Shown here one piece after another: positions 1 through 8,763 of a stretch of 54,614 bases of DNA; within the stretch, counting starts at the first letter, position 1; the number at the start of each line of letters is the position of its first letter. Source of the stretch: an uncultured Eubacterium sp. (GTDB lineage Bacteria > Bacillota > Clostridia > Lachnospirales > Lachnospiraceae); assembly GCA_947385105.1 (NCBI GenBank), contig CANDJR010000001.1, positions 1 through 54,614 of the forward strand, in the 5' to 3' direction. The notes beneath the pieces are model-generated. The model was not told the DNA's origin, did no database searches, and saw only the letters and a list, made by a program, of their open reading frames with translations. Position numbers and translations under genes: made by a program.

Positions 1-114
1 TGCGGTATCTTTGGGTCAAATTCAGGTTACATAGCCCACTATGCGCCCTTTATTTGACCCAAATCTCCCACAAATTGTGACATACATCTGGCAGAAAGCA
101 ATTAGACAGGAGCT
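1..114. mobile_element. Partial palindromic non-autonomous repeat element (MITE-like), truncated by window start
   Basis: Perfect 12-bp IR TTTGGGTCAAAT (10-21)/ATTTGACCCAAA (52-63) enclosing a CATAG/CTATG hairpin; ends in TTAGACAGGAGCT, reminiscent of IS5-type MITE termini. Family assignment is from recollection and unverified. Confidence 0.45.
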
Positions 115-135
115 ACGAGATCTTTCAAGAGCTTA

Positions 136-164
136 TTGATTTTGAGAGCATATTTAGATATAAT
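136..164 (+). promoter_or_regulatory. sigma-A type promoter
   Basis: TTGATT-17 bp-TATAAT upstream of ORF 315..620. Confidence 0.55.
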
Positions 165-314
165 AAAATTAGTTGTAGAAAGAGGTAACAAAATAGAGGT
201 AACAGGGCTGTGAATGCAACGACTGTTTCATGAGGACGAATGGGCATGTTCAAGGAAATACAGAGCCTGTTTTACGCAAAATAAGAAGGTGCTAACAGCA
301 CAGGAGGTAGTGGT

Positions 315-620
315 ATGAAATATGTGAGAACGGCTTTGACAGCGGAAATAATAAAATATGAAAATGGAAAAAAATTAGAGGACGGCTTTGAGCTTTGGGC
401 GGACGTCGTAATTAAAGGATGGATTGTTACAGACTCTTTAATTAAGATTAAATTAGAAAATGGTGATATTGTATGTCCGTATATCATTCACCGCAGAGGT
501 CGTACGTTTATTAGCGAGGGTGACTATATTATTATTGAGGAGGACGGCACAAAGCATGTCTGTGGTGCTGACAAGGTATTTAAAAGATATCATAAATTAG
601 AAGATGGATCACCAGAATAA
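315..620 (+). CDS. Hypothetical protein (101 aa)
   Basis: ORF with strong SD AGGAGGT, own promoter and downstream terminator; GDYII..DG...C motif. Confidence 0.75.
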   Translation: MKYVRTALTAEIIKYENGKKLEDGFELWADVVIKGWIVTDSLIKIKLENGDIVCPYIIHRRGRTFISEGDYIIIEEDGTKHVCGADKVFKRYHKLEDGSPE

Positions 621-672
621 TATGCAAAACCTGATAGAGAAAATGAAACAAATTAAATTTTCTAAATAGGAT

Positions 673-704
673 AGGCCGGCTGTAAACTTATAGCCGGTCT
701 TTTT
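673..704. terminator. Intrinsic terminator between convergent genes
   Basis: AGGCCGGCTGTA/TATAGCCGGTCT stem followed by a T-run. Confidence 0.7.
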
Positions 705-1182
705 AATAAGGATAATGCTTGCCATTGAGCATACAGGTAACTAATTGATCATCTACATATTGCAGCTTCAAAGAGAAAAAAGCTGCTTCTTCTTCAATGA
801 GACGGAAAAATATTTTATCCCCTTCCCAAATAGGAAGATGACAGACGTCTTTTTTTGGAATCCATTTAAGCTCTCCCTCATCGCAATCTGTAAGCTCCCC
901 CTGATAGCAATCAGCAGTATATAAAAACATATACTCTGTCTGCCAGTGATCGCAAAGAAACGTAATAATTCCCCGCAGCCTCCAGGAGGTAAGCTGTAGC
1001 CCTGTTTCATCCAAGACCTCGCGCAGCAGACATTCTTCCGGTGATTCATCAGCCTCAAAATGGCCGCCAATGCCAATCCACTTATCTTTATTCACATCAT
1101 GCTCTTTTTTTACTCTGTGCAGCATTAAATACTGATCATCGTGTTCAATGTAACAAAGTGTTGTTAAATTACTTTTCATCAT
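703..1182 (-). CDS. Nudix hydrolase (MutT / 8-oxo-dGTP diphosphatase-like)
   Basis: Nudix box GGHFEADESPEECLLREVLDETGL; CDEGELKW motif. Confidence 0.9.
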   Translation of the reverse strand: MMKSNLTTLCYIEHDDQYLMLHRVKKEHDVNKDKWIGIGGHFEADESPEECLLREVLDETGLQLTSWRLRGIITFLCDHWQTEYMFLYTADCYQGELTDCDEGELKWIPKKDVCHLPIWEGDKIFFRLIEEEAAFFSLKLQYVDDQLVTCMLNGKHYPY

Positions 1183-1251
1183 TTGAAACCGCCTTTTTAT
1201 TCAGCATAGCATAAGAATAAGATAATGTAAATCACAAAGAGTGTAAACAGT

Positions 1252-1278
1252 GTTACTGAGAACGGAGTGAACAGTAAC
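1252..1278 (-). mobile_element. 27-bp GTTAC-family miniature element with 8-bp TSD
   Basis: GTTACTGAGAACGGAGTGAACAGTAAC flanked by direct repeat TAAACAGT (1244-1251, 1279-1286); 26/27 identical to 21933-21959. Confidence 0.8.
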
Positions 1279-1310
1279 TAAACAGTAACGAATTAAAAAA
1301 AAGTTTACAC

Positions 1311-1425
1311 TTTTGTAATGACAAATGATAGGAGAAAGAGTAACATAGAACTATCAAATAAAGTATACCATTCGGACGACCTTTCATCTATGTCCCTATG
1401 GGACTGACGGATTTTGTCTGACAAA
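1311..1425. promoter_or_regulatory. Two candidate AraR/GntR-type operator palindromes upstream of the ribulokinase-like gene
   Basis: TTTTGTAATGACAAAT (1311-1326) matches AraR-like ATTTGTACGTACAAAT at 12/16; TTTGTC-T-GACAAA at 1413-1425. Confidence 0.4.
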
Positions 1426-1448
1426 GTATACGTTTTGGGGAGGTTAAC

Positions 1449-3053
1449 ATGGATCATAACAAGAAAACAAAGGAAATGATTGAACAAGGAAAAGCAGTAC
1501 TGGGTATTGAATTTGGTTCTACGAGAATTAAAGCAGTGCTGATTGGGGAGGATGAAGTTCCAATTGCTTCGGGAGAGCATGATTGGGAAAACAGGCTGGA
1601 AAATGGGATTTGGACATATACGTTAGAAGACATTTGGACTGGCCTGCAGGACAGCTATCAAAAGCTGACAAATAATGTAAAACAGCGTTATGACGCAGAA
1701 ATTACGCAGCTCGCAGCGATAGGTTTTTCTGCAATGATGCATGGTTATATGGTATTTGACAAAGCAGGGGAGCTGCTTGTACCATTCCGTACATGGCGCA
1801 ATACAATTACAGAGCAGGCTGCAGCGCAGCTGACAGAGCTATTTGACTATAATATCCCACAGAGATGGAGTATTGCGCACTTAGATCAGGCAATTTTAAA
1901 TAACGAAGCGCATGTAGAAAACATTGATTACCTCGTGACACTTTCCGGTTATATCCACTGGCAGCTGACAGGTGAAAAGGTGCTTGGCGTAGGAGAAGCT
2001 TCTGGTATGTTTCCAATTGATATCCAGACAAAAGACTTTAACCAGAGAATGATCGAGCAGTTTGATGAGCGGATTGCAAAAAAAGGCTATTACTGGAAAC
2101 TGCGGGATATTCTGCCAAAGGTACTATCTGCTGGCGAAACGGCAGGCGTTTTAACAGCACAAGGGGCTAAAAAGTTAGATGTATCCGGAAAATTGCAAGC
2201 TGGCATCCCGCTTTGCCCGCCAGAAGGAGATGCTGGTACAGGCATGGTTGCGACAAACAGCGTAGCAGTCTGCACAGGCAATGTGTCAGCTGGCACATCA
2301 GTATTTGGCATGGTAGTTATGGAAAAAGAATTATCCAAAGTGTACCCAGAAATCGATCTGGTAACAACACCAACAGGTAATTTAGTTGGTATGGTACATT
2401 GCAATAACTGTACTTCAGATTTGAATGCATGGGTGAATTTATTTAAGGAATTTGCAGAAAGCTTTGGCATGTCCATTGATATGAATGATCTGTTTGGGAC
2501 GCTGTACAAAAAAGCGCTGGAAGGAGATAAGGACTGCGGCGGTCTGCTTGCTTACAACTATTTTTCGGGTGAACCGGTAACAAATTTAGAAGAAGGACGG
2601 CCGCTATTTGTACGCAAGCCTGACGCGAAATTTAATCTTGCAAATTTTATGCGTGTACATTTAATGGCTTCTTTAAGTGTATTAAAAGCAGGATTTAACC
2701 TAATGCTGAAAGAAGAAGGTGTCAAAGTAGACAAGATGTTAGGGCATGGCGGATTATTCAAGACAAAGGGCGTTGGGCAAAGCATACTCGCAGCGGCAAT
2801 CGATGCGCCTGTATTTGTTATGGATACAGCAGGAGAAGGCGGTGCGTGGGGAATTGCACTGCTGGCATCTTATATGGCACATAAAGCAGATAATGAGACG
2901 TTAGATGCGTATTTAAATCAAAAAGTGTTTGCCGGACAGGAAGGCTCACGCATAGACCCAGATCCAGCGGATGTAAAAGGATTTGATGAGTTTCTGGCAG
3001 TGTATACAGCAGGACTTCCAATCGAACAGTCCGCGGTTGACATGTTCAGATAA
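1449..3053 (+). CDS. FGGY-family sugar kinase, L-ribulokinase (AraB)-like
   Basis: [13 protein letters not shown]-terminal motif, [30 protein letters not shown]; SD GGAGG. Confidence 0.85.
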   Translation: MDHNKKTKEMIEQGKAVLGIEFGSTRIKAVLIGEDEVPIASGEHDWENRLENGIWTYTLEDIWTGLQDSYQKLTNNVKQRYDAEITQLAAIGFSAMMHGYMVFDKAGELLVPFRTWRNTITEQAAAQLTELFDYNIPQRWSIAHLDQAILNNEAHVENIDYLVTLSGYIHWQLTGEKVLGVGEASGMFPIDIQTKDFNQRMIEQFDERIAKKGYYWKLRDILPKVLSAGETAGVLTAQGAKKLDVSGKLQAGIPLCPPEGDAGTGMVATNSVAVCTGNVSAGTSVFGMVVMEKELSKVYPEIDLVTTPTGNLVGMVHCNNCTSDLNAWVNLFKEFAESFGMSIDMNDLFGTLYKKALEGDKDCGGLLAYNYFSGEPVTNLEEGRPLFVRKPDAKFNLANFMRVHLMASLSVLKAGFNLMLKEEGVKVDKMLGHGGLFKTKGVGQSILAAAIDAPVFVMDTAGEGGAWGIALLASYMAHKADNETLDAYLNQKVFAGQEGSRIDPDPADVKGFDEFLAVYTAGLPIEQSAVDMFR

Positions 3054-3079
3054 AAGATAACAGACAGGATAGGCAATAT

Positions 3080-3121
3080 ACTCCCAATTACTATAATAAA
3101 AATATGTAATTGGGAGTTTTT
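3080..3121 (+). terminator. Intrinsic terminator
   Basis: ACTCCCAATTAC/GTAATTGGGAGT 12-bp stem followed by a T-run. Confidence 0.75.
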
Positions 3122-3280
3122 GTTGTATTCATTGCATTTATTTGCTAATATATCATATAGAAAATAGATGTAACAAAGAAATAAGAAAAATGATCATACG
3201 CAAAAGCAAGAAATCCTTTAGAAATAGATTGGATCACAGGTTAAAAACGATAAAAAATAGATGGAATGGAGAGTTGCAAG

Positions 3281-4372
3281 ATGGCAAATAAGGAAAAAAT
3301 TATTTTAACAGGAGATCGCCCAACTGGAAAACTACATGTAGGGCATTATGTTGGTTCTTTAAAGCAGCGTGTAGAGCTGCAAAATTCCGGAGAGTACGAA
3401 AAAATTTATATTATGATTGCAGATGCACAGGCACTGACTGACAATGCAGACCATCCGGAAAAAATACGTAATAATATTATGGAGGTTGCTTTAGATTATC
3501 TGTCTGTAGGGTTAGATCCAGAAAAATCAACCCTGTTTATACAATCTCATGTTTCGGAACTGACAGAATTATCATTTTTCTATATGAACTTAGTTACCGT
3601 ATCCAGGCTTCAGCGCAATCCTACAGTGAAAGCAGAGATACAGATGCGCAATTTTGAAACTAGTATCCCGGTTGGATTTTTTACTTATCCAGTCAGCCAG
3701 GCTGCAGATATTACGGCCTTTTTAGCAACGACTGTTCCAGTTGGAGAAGACCAAATGCCGATGCTGGAGCAAACACGGGAAATTGTACACAAATTTAATT
3801 CTATTTATGGAGAGACACTGGTCGAGCCGCAAATTCTGCTGCCAAATAATAAAGCATGTCTGCGCCTGCCGGGAATTGACGGCAAAGCAAAGATGAGCAA
3901 GTCGCTTGGAAACTGCATTTATTTATCAGAATCCGAGGAGGATGTGCGCAAAAAAATTATGTCTATGTTTACAGATCCGGGGCATATCCGCGTGCAAGAC
4001 CCGGGAAAATTAGAAGGAAATACAGTCTTTACTTATTTAGACGCATTTTGTAAAGACGATCATTTTGCAGAGTACTTGCCAGAGTATGCTAATCTGGATG
4101 AATTAAAGGCACATTATACAAAAGGCGGACTGGGCGACGTAAAAGTAAAGAAGTTTTTAAATAAAGTCATGCAGGAAGAATTAAGTCCAATCCGGGCACG
4201 CCGCAGCGAGTATGAAAAAAATATTGGCGAGGTATATGAAATTTTGCGGGAGGGCAGCCGCAAAGCAAAGCAGGCAGCCGCAGAAACCGTAAATAAAGTA
4301 AAACATGCAATGCGAATTGATTATTTTGAAGATGCTGTATTTTTAGAAGAGCAAAAAGCAAAATTTTTATAA
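3281..4372 (+). CDS. trpS: Tryptophan--tRNA ligase
   Basis: TGDRPTGKLHVGH (HIGH-like), VPVGEDQ and KMSKS motifs; start placed at ATG 3281 after SD GGAGAG. Confidence 0.97.
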   Translation: MANKEKIILTGDRPTGKLHVGHYVGSLKQRVELQNSGEYEKIYIMIADAQALTDNADHPEKIRNNIMEVALDYLSVGLDPEKSTLFIQSHVSELTELSFFYMNLVTVSRLQRNPTVKAEIQMRNFETSIPVGFFTYPVSQAADITAFLATTVPVGEDQMPMLEQTREIVHKFNSIYGETLVEPQILLPNNKACLRLPGIDGKAKMSKSLGNCIYLSESEEDVRKKIMSMFTDPGHIRVQDPGKLEGNTVFTYLDAFCKDDHFAEYLPEYANLDELKAHYTKGGLGDVKVKKFLNKVMQEELSPIRARRSEYEKNIGEVYEILREGSRKAKQAAAETVNKVKHAMRIDYFEDAVFLEEQKAKFL

Positions 4373-4373
4373 A

Positions 4374-4424
4374 AAAGAAAACCTCTGTAAGGTATAGCAA
4401 AGCTGACCTACAGGGGTTTTCTTT
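4374..4424. terminator. Bidirectional intrinsic terminator
   Basis: AAAGAAAACCTCTGTA.../...TACAGGGGTTTTCTTT between convergent trpS and MATE genes. Confidence 0.7.
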
Positions 4425-4475
4425 AGTAAGTTGTTCGAGAATATTTTGGTATTTTTTTGCATGTATTTTATTTTG

Positions 4476-5843
4476 CTATTGCTGCGCAGTTGTCTGCAGG
4501 CCGCGAAAGATTTGAAGGAGTGATATAACTGCGACTGTAGCTAACAGAACCTCTGCAAAAAGCGGTGCATAAGCAAGCCCGTAAAGCGGAAACAGCATGT
4601 TTAACAGAAACAACGCAGGAATTTCCAGGATAATCTTTCGCAGCAGTGCAAAGATAAGGGACTTTTTTCCCATGCCGCATGCCTGAAAAACACCTACTGT
4701 TAAAAAGTCCATACATAAAAACGGCAAATGCAGACAAAGCCCCCGCAGCAGGGGCGTACCATAAGCAACAATTTTGGCATGCTTCATAAACAGACAAATG
4801 AGCGTCTCTGCGGATAGGTAATAACAGACAGTAATGACTGCCATACTTCCAACGGCAAACTTTGCAGCAAACAAGATTGCCTTTTTCATACGGATACGGT
4901 TTCCGCTTGCATAATTATAGCTGACAAGCGGCATAATACCCTGTGAAAAACCAAGTGCAATCTGCAGTGGCACCATATTGATTTTTTGTGCAATTCCCAT
5001 AGCTGCAACTGCATTGGAGCCATAAGAGGAAGTAAAGTTATTGAGGATTGTCATTCCTGTAACGTTCAGCAAATTTTGAATGGACGCTGGTATGCCTACC
5101 GCACAAATCCCAAATATGATTGATTTGTGAAACCGAAACATGGACGGACGGATACACACGTACGTAGTCTCCCGCTTGATGAAAAGTAATATAAAAAAAT
5201 ACAGGCATGCGACACAGTTTGAAATAAATGTAGCAAGCCCTGCACCAGCAGCGCCCAGGTTGAAACCCCAAGGTAGAATAAAAATAGGGTCGAGCAGAAT
5301 GTTTAACATGCATCCGCTCATAGTACCGATGCTGGCATGTAAAGAAGCGCCTTCGGAACGTACTAAATAAGCCAGCACAACATTTAGTATAGCAGGCGCT
5401 GCCCCAAAGGATACCGTCCACATCAAGTACGATGCAGTAGCAGCGGAGGTTCCTGCGTCTGCGCCTAATACATGCAAAAGCGGGTTTCGCAGCAGTGTAA
5501 ACAATAAGGAAAACAGCAATCCACAAAAGAGAGAACAGTAAAAACTGATTGCGCTGCTGTAAGATACTGTGTCGTAGTCCCTTTTCCCAAGCGCACGGCT
5601 CATCATGCTGGAACCGCCTACACCAAACAGGTTATTGATTGCATTAAATGCCAACAGTACCGGAGCTGCTAATGTTACGGCAGCGTTTTGTACGGGATCA
5701 TTTAAAATGCCGACAAAATAGGTATCAGCCAAATTGTATATGACCATTACGAGTGAGCTGAGAATCATTGGTACAGATAGTGTCATGACGGCTTTTGGGA
5801 TAGGCGTTTTTTCAAATAAAGTTACTTTTTCTGCTTGTTCCAT
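4476..5843 (-). CDS. MATE family efflux transporter
   Basis: YNLADTYFVG, NILLDPIFI and GAAGAGLAT motifs, ~12 hydrophobic segments; ATG 5843 after SD GAGGTG. Confidence 0.93.
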   Translation of the reverse strand: MEQAEKVTLFEKTPIPKAVMTLSVPMILSSLVMVIYNLADTYFVGILNDPVQNAAVTLAAPVLLAFNAINNLFGVGGSSMMSRALGKRDYDTVSYSSAISFYCSLFCGLLFSLLFTLLRNPLLHVLGADAGTSAATASYLMWTVSFGAAPAILNVVLAYLVRSEGASLHASIGTMSGCMLNILLDPIFILPWGFNLGAAGAGLATFISNCVACLYFFILLFIKRETTYVCIRPSMFRFHKSIIFGICAVGIPASIQNLLNVTGMTILNNFTSSYGSNAVAAMGIAQKINMVPLQIALGFSQGIMPLVSYNYASGNRIRMKKAILFAAKFAVGSMAVITVCYYLSAETLICLFMKHAKIVAYGTPLLRGLCLHLPFLCMDFLTVGVFQACGMGKKSLIFALLRKIILEIPALFLLNMLFPLYGLAYAPLFAEVLLATVAVISLLQIFRGLQTTAQQ

Positions 5844-5877
5844 TTTCAAACACCTCTTTTTCCGATAAAAATTATAA

Positions 5878-5921
5878 TGACAGATGGGACTATTCTATCA
5901 CAGCAAACATGCATCTGTCAA
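5878..5921 (-). promoter_or_regulatory. MATE promoter bracketed by a 9-bp inverted repeat
   Basis: Minus-strand TTGACA-18-TAGAAT; IR TGACAGATG (5878-5886)/CATCTGTCA (5912-5920). Confidence 0.5.
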
Positions 5922-6138
5922 AATTAGAAATACTGTGAGATGTCTGTAAGAAATAAACAGTAATTTGTGAGAAAAAAATAACTGAAATGAAAAGACAGCG
6001 GATAAGAAAATTTTATATACTACTATTAGATGAATAGATACAGAATACAAAACGTGAAATAGTATCATAAATATAATATTGCATGAAAACACCAGGAATG
6101 GGGTTTTATGCTTAGAAAAACAAACTCGGAGGTATACC

Positions 6139-7041
6139 ATGGTACGGCAAAAATCTGTAATCAGGAAAAGGAAATTGAAAAATAAAAGGAGACGCGCAGG
6201 TATACAGTCAGCTGTCACGATTTGCCTTTTCCTGGCAGTTCTTGTAGTGATAAAAGCAGCATCCAACTATTTTTTAAAACAGGGAGCAGCGCAGGAAAAT
6301 TTGCAGACATCTGCAGTTACGGCAAAACGTGTCGTACAACCTATCCAGCGGGAGAATTCACAAATTAGCAATGAATTGGAACAAATTGCTTCTAATAGCC
6401 AGGCAGCAGCTAAGATTTATAAAAATTATAACAAATATCCAGAGGCGTTAATGGCTGCCTATTTGAATAATCCGGAAATGGAGGAGTTTGTACTCGGGTA
6501 TTTGCAGGCAGAGCAGACGCCAAAAGGAGGTCTGACAAGCGACGAATGTGCGCAGGAGTTCCCACTGCTTTTACAATGGGATCAGCGTTGGGGATATGTG
6601 CCGTATGGGGGAAGTGTGATAGGACTTTCGGGATGTGGGCCGACTTGCCTTTCCATGGTAACTGTTTCGCTAACAGGGGATGCAGATAAAACGCCTGCAT
6701 GGATGGCACAGTTTAGCGAACAAGGCGGATATTATGTCAAAGACAGCGGAACAGCTTGGGCACTGATGACAGAAGGCGCAGCGCAGCTGGGCCTTTCGGC
6801 AAGAGAATTGGCTTTGGATGAATTTGTGATGAAATCTGCACTGGATATGGGACAGCCAATTATCTGCTCGGTCGGTGAAGGTGATTTTACAACACAAGGA
6901 CATTTTATTGTAATCTATCAATATAATGCACAAGGCTTTCTTGTTAACGATCCAAATTGTATTGCACGCAGCGAACAAACATGGAGTTTTGAGCAGCTGC
7001 AAGGACAAATTAAAAATATGTGGGCGTATACGAAAAACTAG
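6139..7041 (+). CDS. Membrane-anchored C39-like cysteine peptidase
   Basis: Basic N-terminus plus TM helix; QWDQRWG, SGCGPT (Cys), GHFIVI (His), VNDP (Asp); ATG 6139 after GGAGGT. Confidence 0.85.
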   Translation: MVRQKSVIRKRKLKNKRRRAGIQSAVTICLFLAVLVVIKAASNYFLKQGAAQENLQTSAVTAKRVVQPIQRENSQISNELEQIASNSQAAAKIYKNYNKYPEALMAAYLNNPEMEEFVLGYLQAEQTPKGGLTSDECAQEFPLLLQWDQRWGYVPYGGSVIGLSGCGPTCLSMVTVSLTGDADKTPAWMAQFSEQGGYYVKDSGTAWALMTEGAAQLGLSARELALDEFVMKSALDMGQPIICSVGEGDFTTQGHFIVIYQYNAQGFLVNDPNCIARSEQTWSFEQLQGQIKNMWAYTKN

Positions 7042-7090
7042 ATTTTGAATAAAAAGATACAGGCAAAAACGTCTTTTTAAAAATATAAGA

Positions 7091-7140
7091 GCCGGATAAA
7101 ATCAAGTGAAAAGGAACTTTCTCATTTGATTTTATCCGGC
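7091..7140. terminator. Stem-loop between convergent genes
   Basis: Perfect 15-bp IR GCCGGATAAAATCAA/TTGATTTTATCCGGC. Confidence 0.65.
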
Positions 7141-7144
7141 AAAT

Positions 7145-8284
7145 TTATGAAGACGCACGTACCGTTTTCAAAAAGTATTGATCTAATTGTACGTTGAGCG
7201 GAACACCAAGTGAACGCAGTACATCGTCCAGTGCATAGAGCGTATCCACCATATTGCTGATGGTAGCGTTTGTGCCCATATGGCCGATGCGAATGACCTT
7301 ACCCAAAAAATCATCAAAGGATCCTGCCAGCATAATTTGGTGTTTTGCTTTCATAGATTCTAAAATCTGCGCTGCAGTTATTCCTTGCGGGATATCAAAT
7401 ACAGTTACTGTGTTTGAAAAACCGCTTTTTTGATGCAATTTTAATCCAGCGGCAATCAGAGTGCTGCGCGTAGCATCTGCAATTATTTTATGACGATGTA
7501 ACATATCAGTATCATTTGCAATCTCATCGATTGCAGCACGCAGACCATAAATATCACTGATTGGCATCGTATAAGGAAACCATTTCTTTTCATAATAGTT
7601 TTCAAACGCCATGAGATTAGCATAAAAAGAAGCTATTGGCGTGCTGCGGTTTTTCATAGCTTCTTTTGCAGCTTCGCTGATCGTAACAAAGGTTAGGCCA
7701 GGAGGAGCAGAAACAGCTTTTTGTGATCCGCCGCAGAGAATGTCAATTTGAAAGGCATCAACATCAATCGGCTCCCCAAACATAGCTGATACAGAGTCTA
7801 CGACAGTTAAGATTCCGTATTGCTTTAGCAGCGGACAAATTTGCTGAACATCATTTAATATACCGCTTGGCGTGTCACAGTGAACAACAGTTGCATATTT
7901 ATAATCATGATGTAATTTTAGATAATCAGCTAATGCGTCCACAGAAAGAGTATGTTCATAATCAGCGTGATAGACCTCGGCGTTGCCTCCATAAAGGCGG
8001 ACAAAATCAGCAAAACCCTTCCCAAAAATACCGTTATCAAGGACGAGTACCTTGTCACCCGGTTCTGTAAGAGATGCACAGGCGGCTTCTAGTCCCAGTA
8101 TGCCTTCTCCATCTAAGATGAGCGTTTCATTTTTTGTATGCAGTAAAGAGCTGATCAGCATACACGTATCTTTATAAAAATCAAAAAATGCAGTGTCCAG
8201 ATCTGGGTTCGTACATGCCAGACTTCTGGCCATTCTAACTTTTTCCAGGACTTGTGTAGGACCTGGCGTCATAATTTTATACAT
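7145..8284 (-). CDS. Class V PLP-dependent aminotransferase (serine-pyruvate/alanine-glyoxylate type)
   Basis: MTPGPT, VHCDTPSG, VDSVS, GSQK (PLP lysine), APPGL, IRIGHMG. Confidence 0.9.
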   Translation of the reverse strand: MYKIMTPGPTQVLEKVRMARSLACTNPDLDTAFFDFYKDTCMLISSLLHTKNETLILDGEGILGLEAACASLTEPGDKVLVLDNGIFGKGFADFVRLYGGNAEVYHADYEHTLSVDALADYLKLHHDYKYATVVHCDTPSGILNDVQQICPLLKQYGILTVVDSVSAMFGEPIDVDAFQIDILCGGSQKAVSAPPGLTFVTISEAAKEAMKNRSTPIASFYANLMAFENYYEKKWFPYTMPISDIYGLRAAIDEIANDTDMLHRHKIIADATRSTLIAAGLKLHQKSGFSNTVTVFDIPQGITAAQILESMKAKHQIMLAGSFDDFLGKVIRIGHMGTNATISNMVDTLYALDDVLRSLGVPLNVQLDQYFLKTVRASS

Positions 8285-8420
8285 AGATCCTCCTCATGTT
8301 GTATGATTGTATGTATAGCAGCATTACAAGGTAAGCGTGCCTGTTAATAATTTAACGTGTATCATATCACATTGTTTACAGTCTTTCAATCTATTTTGCA
8401 TGTTTTTAGCAAAAAAAATG

Positions 8421-8510
8421 GGCATGCTGCCAGCACAAAGTATTTGATTTCTTGTAAAAGTAAGGCATGCTGCCAGTACAAAGTATTTCGTTTCCTGCAA
8501 AAGTAAGGCA
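8421..8510. repeat. 43-bp tandem duplication (two copies plus GGCA)
   Basis: 8421-8463 and 8464-8506 match at 38/43 positions. Confidence 0.85.
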
Positions 8511-8529
8511 GCAATTATGATAAAAGATC

Positions 8530-8672
8530 GTTACTATTCACAGCCAGAAATGCGCATAAACTGCGCATTTCGTAAGAACATGATTCAGGAGTGAGGGGCG
8601 ATTTTGCGAAGCAAACTTTAAATATCGCCTCGAATTGTTGCTATGAGCAGCCTTTAGGCTGTGTATAGTAAC
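8530..8672 (-). mobile_element. 143-bp GTTAC-family MITE-like element with perfect 8-bp TSD
   Basis: Termini GTTACTATTCAC/GTGTATAGTAAC; direct repeat AAAAGATC at 8522-8529 and 8673-8680; shares linker TCCTGAATCATnTTCTTACG (reverse strand) with the 20256 and 41647 copies. Confidence 0.85.
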
Positions 8673-8763
8673 AAAAGATCCGGGGTATGAATAAAAATTA
8701 CCTGATCTGGAAATTTTAGTAAGAAAATGTAACTACAAAATCTAAGAAAAGAGGCTAAAAATC

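Noticed and set aside
3122-3280. T-box leader upstream of trpS
   Set aside because: The region is short and AT-rich, with no GGTGGnACC T-box motif or attenuator.
3281-4372. Functional link between trpS and the HipA-like kinase
   Set aside because: They are 36 kb apart, and nothing in the sequence ties them together beyond family-level precedent.
5878-5921. Invertible (phase-variable) promoter
   Set aside because: The arms are only 9 bp, the -35 box lies within an arm, and no recombinase is nearby.
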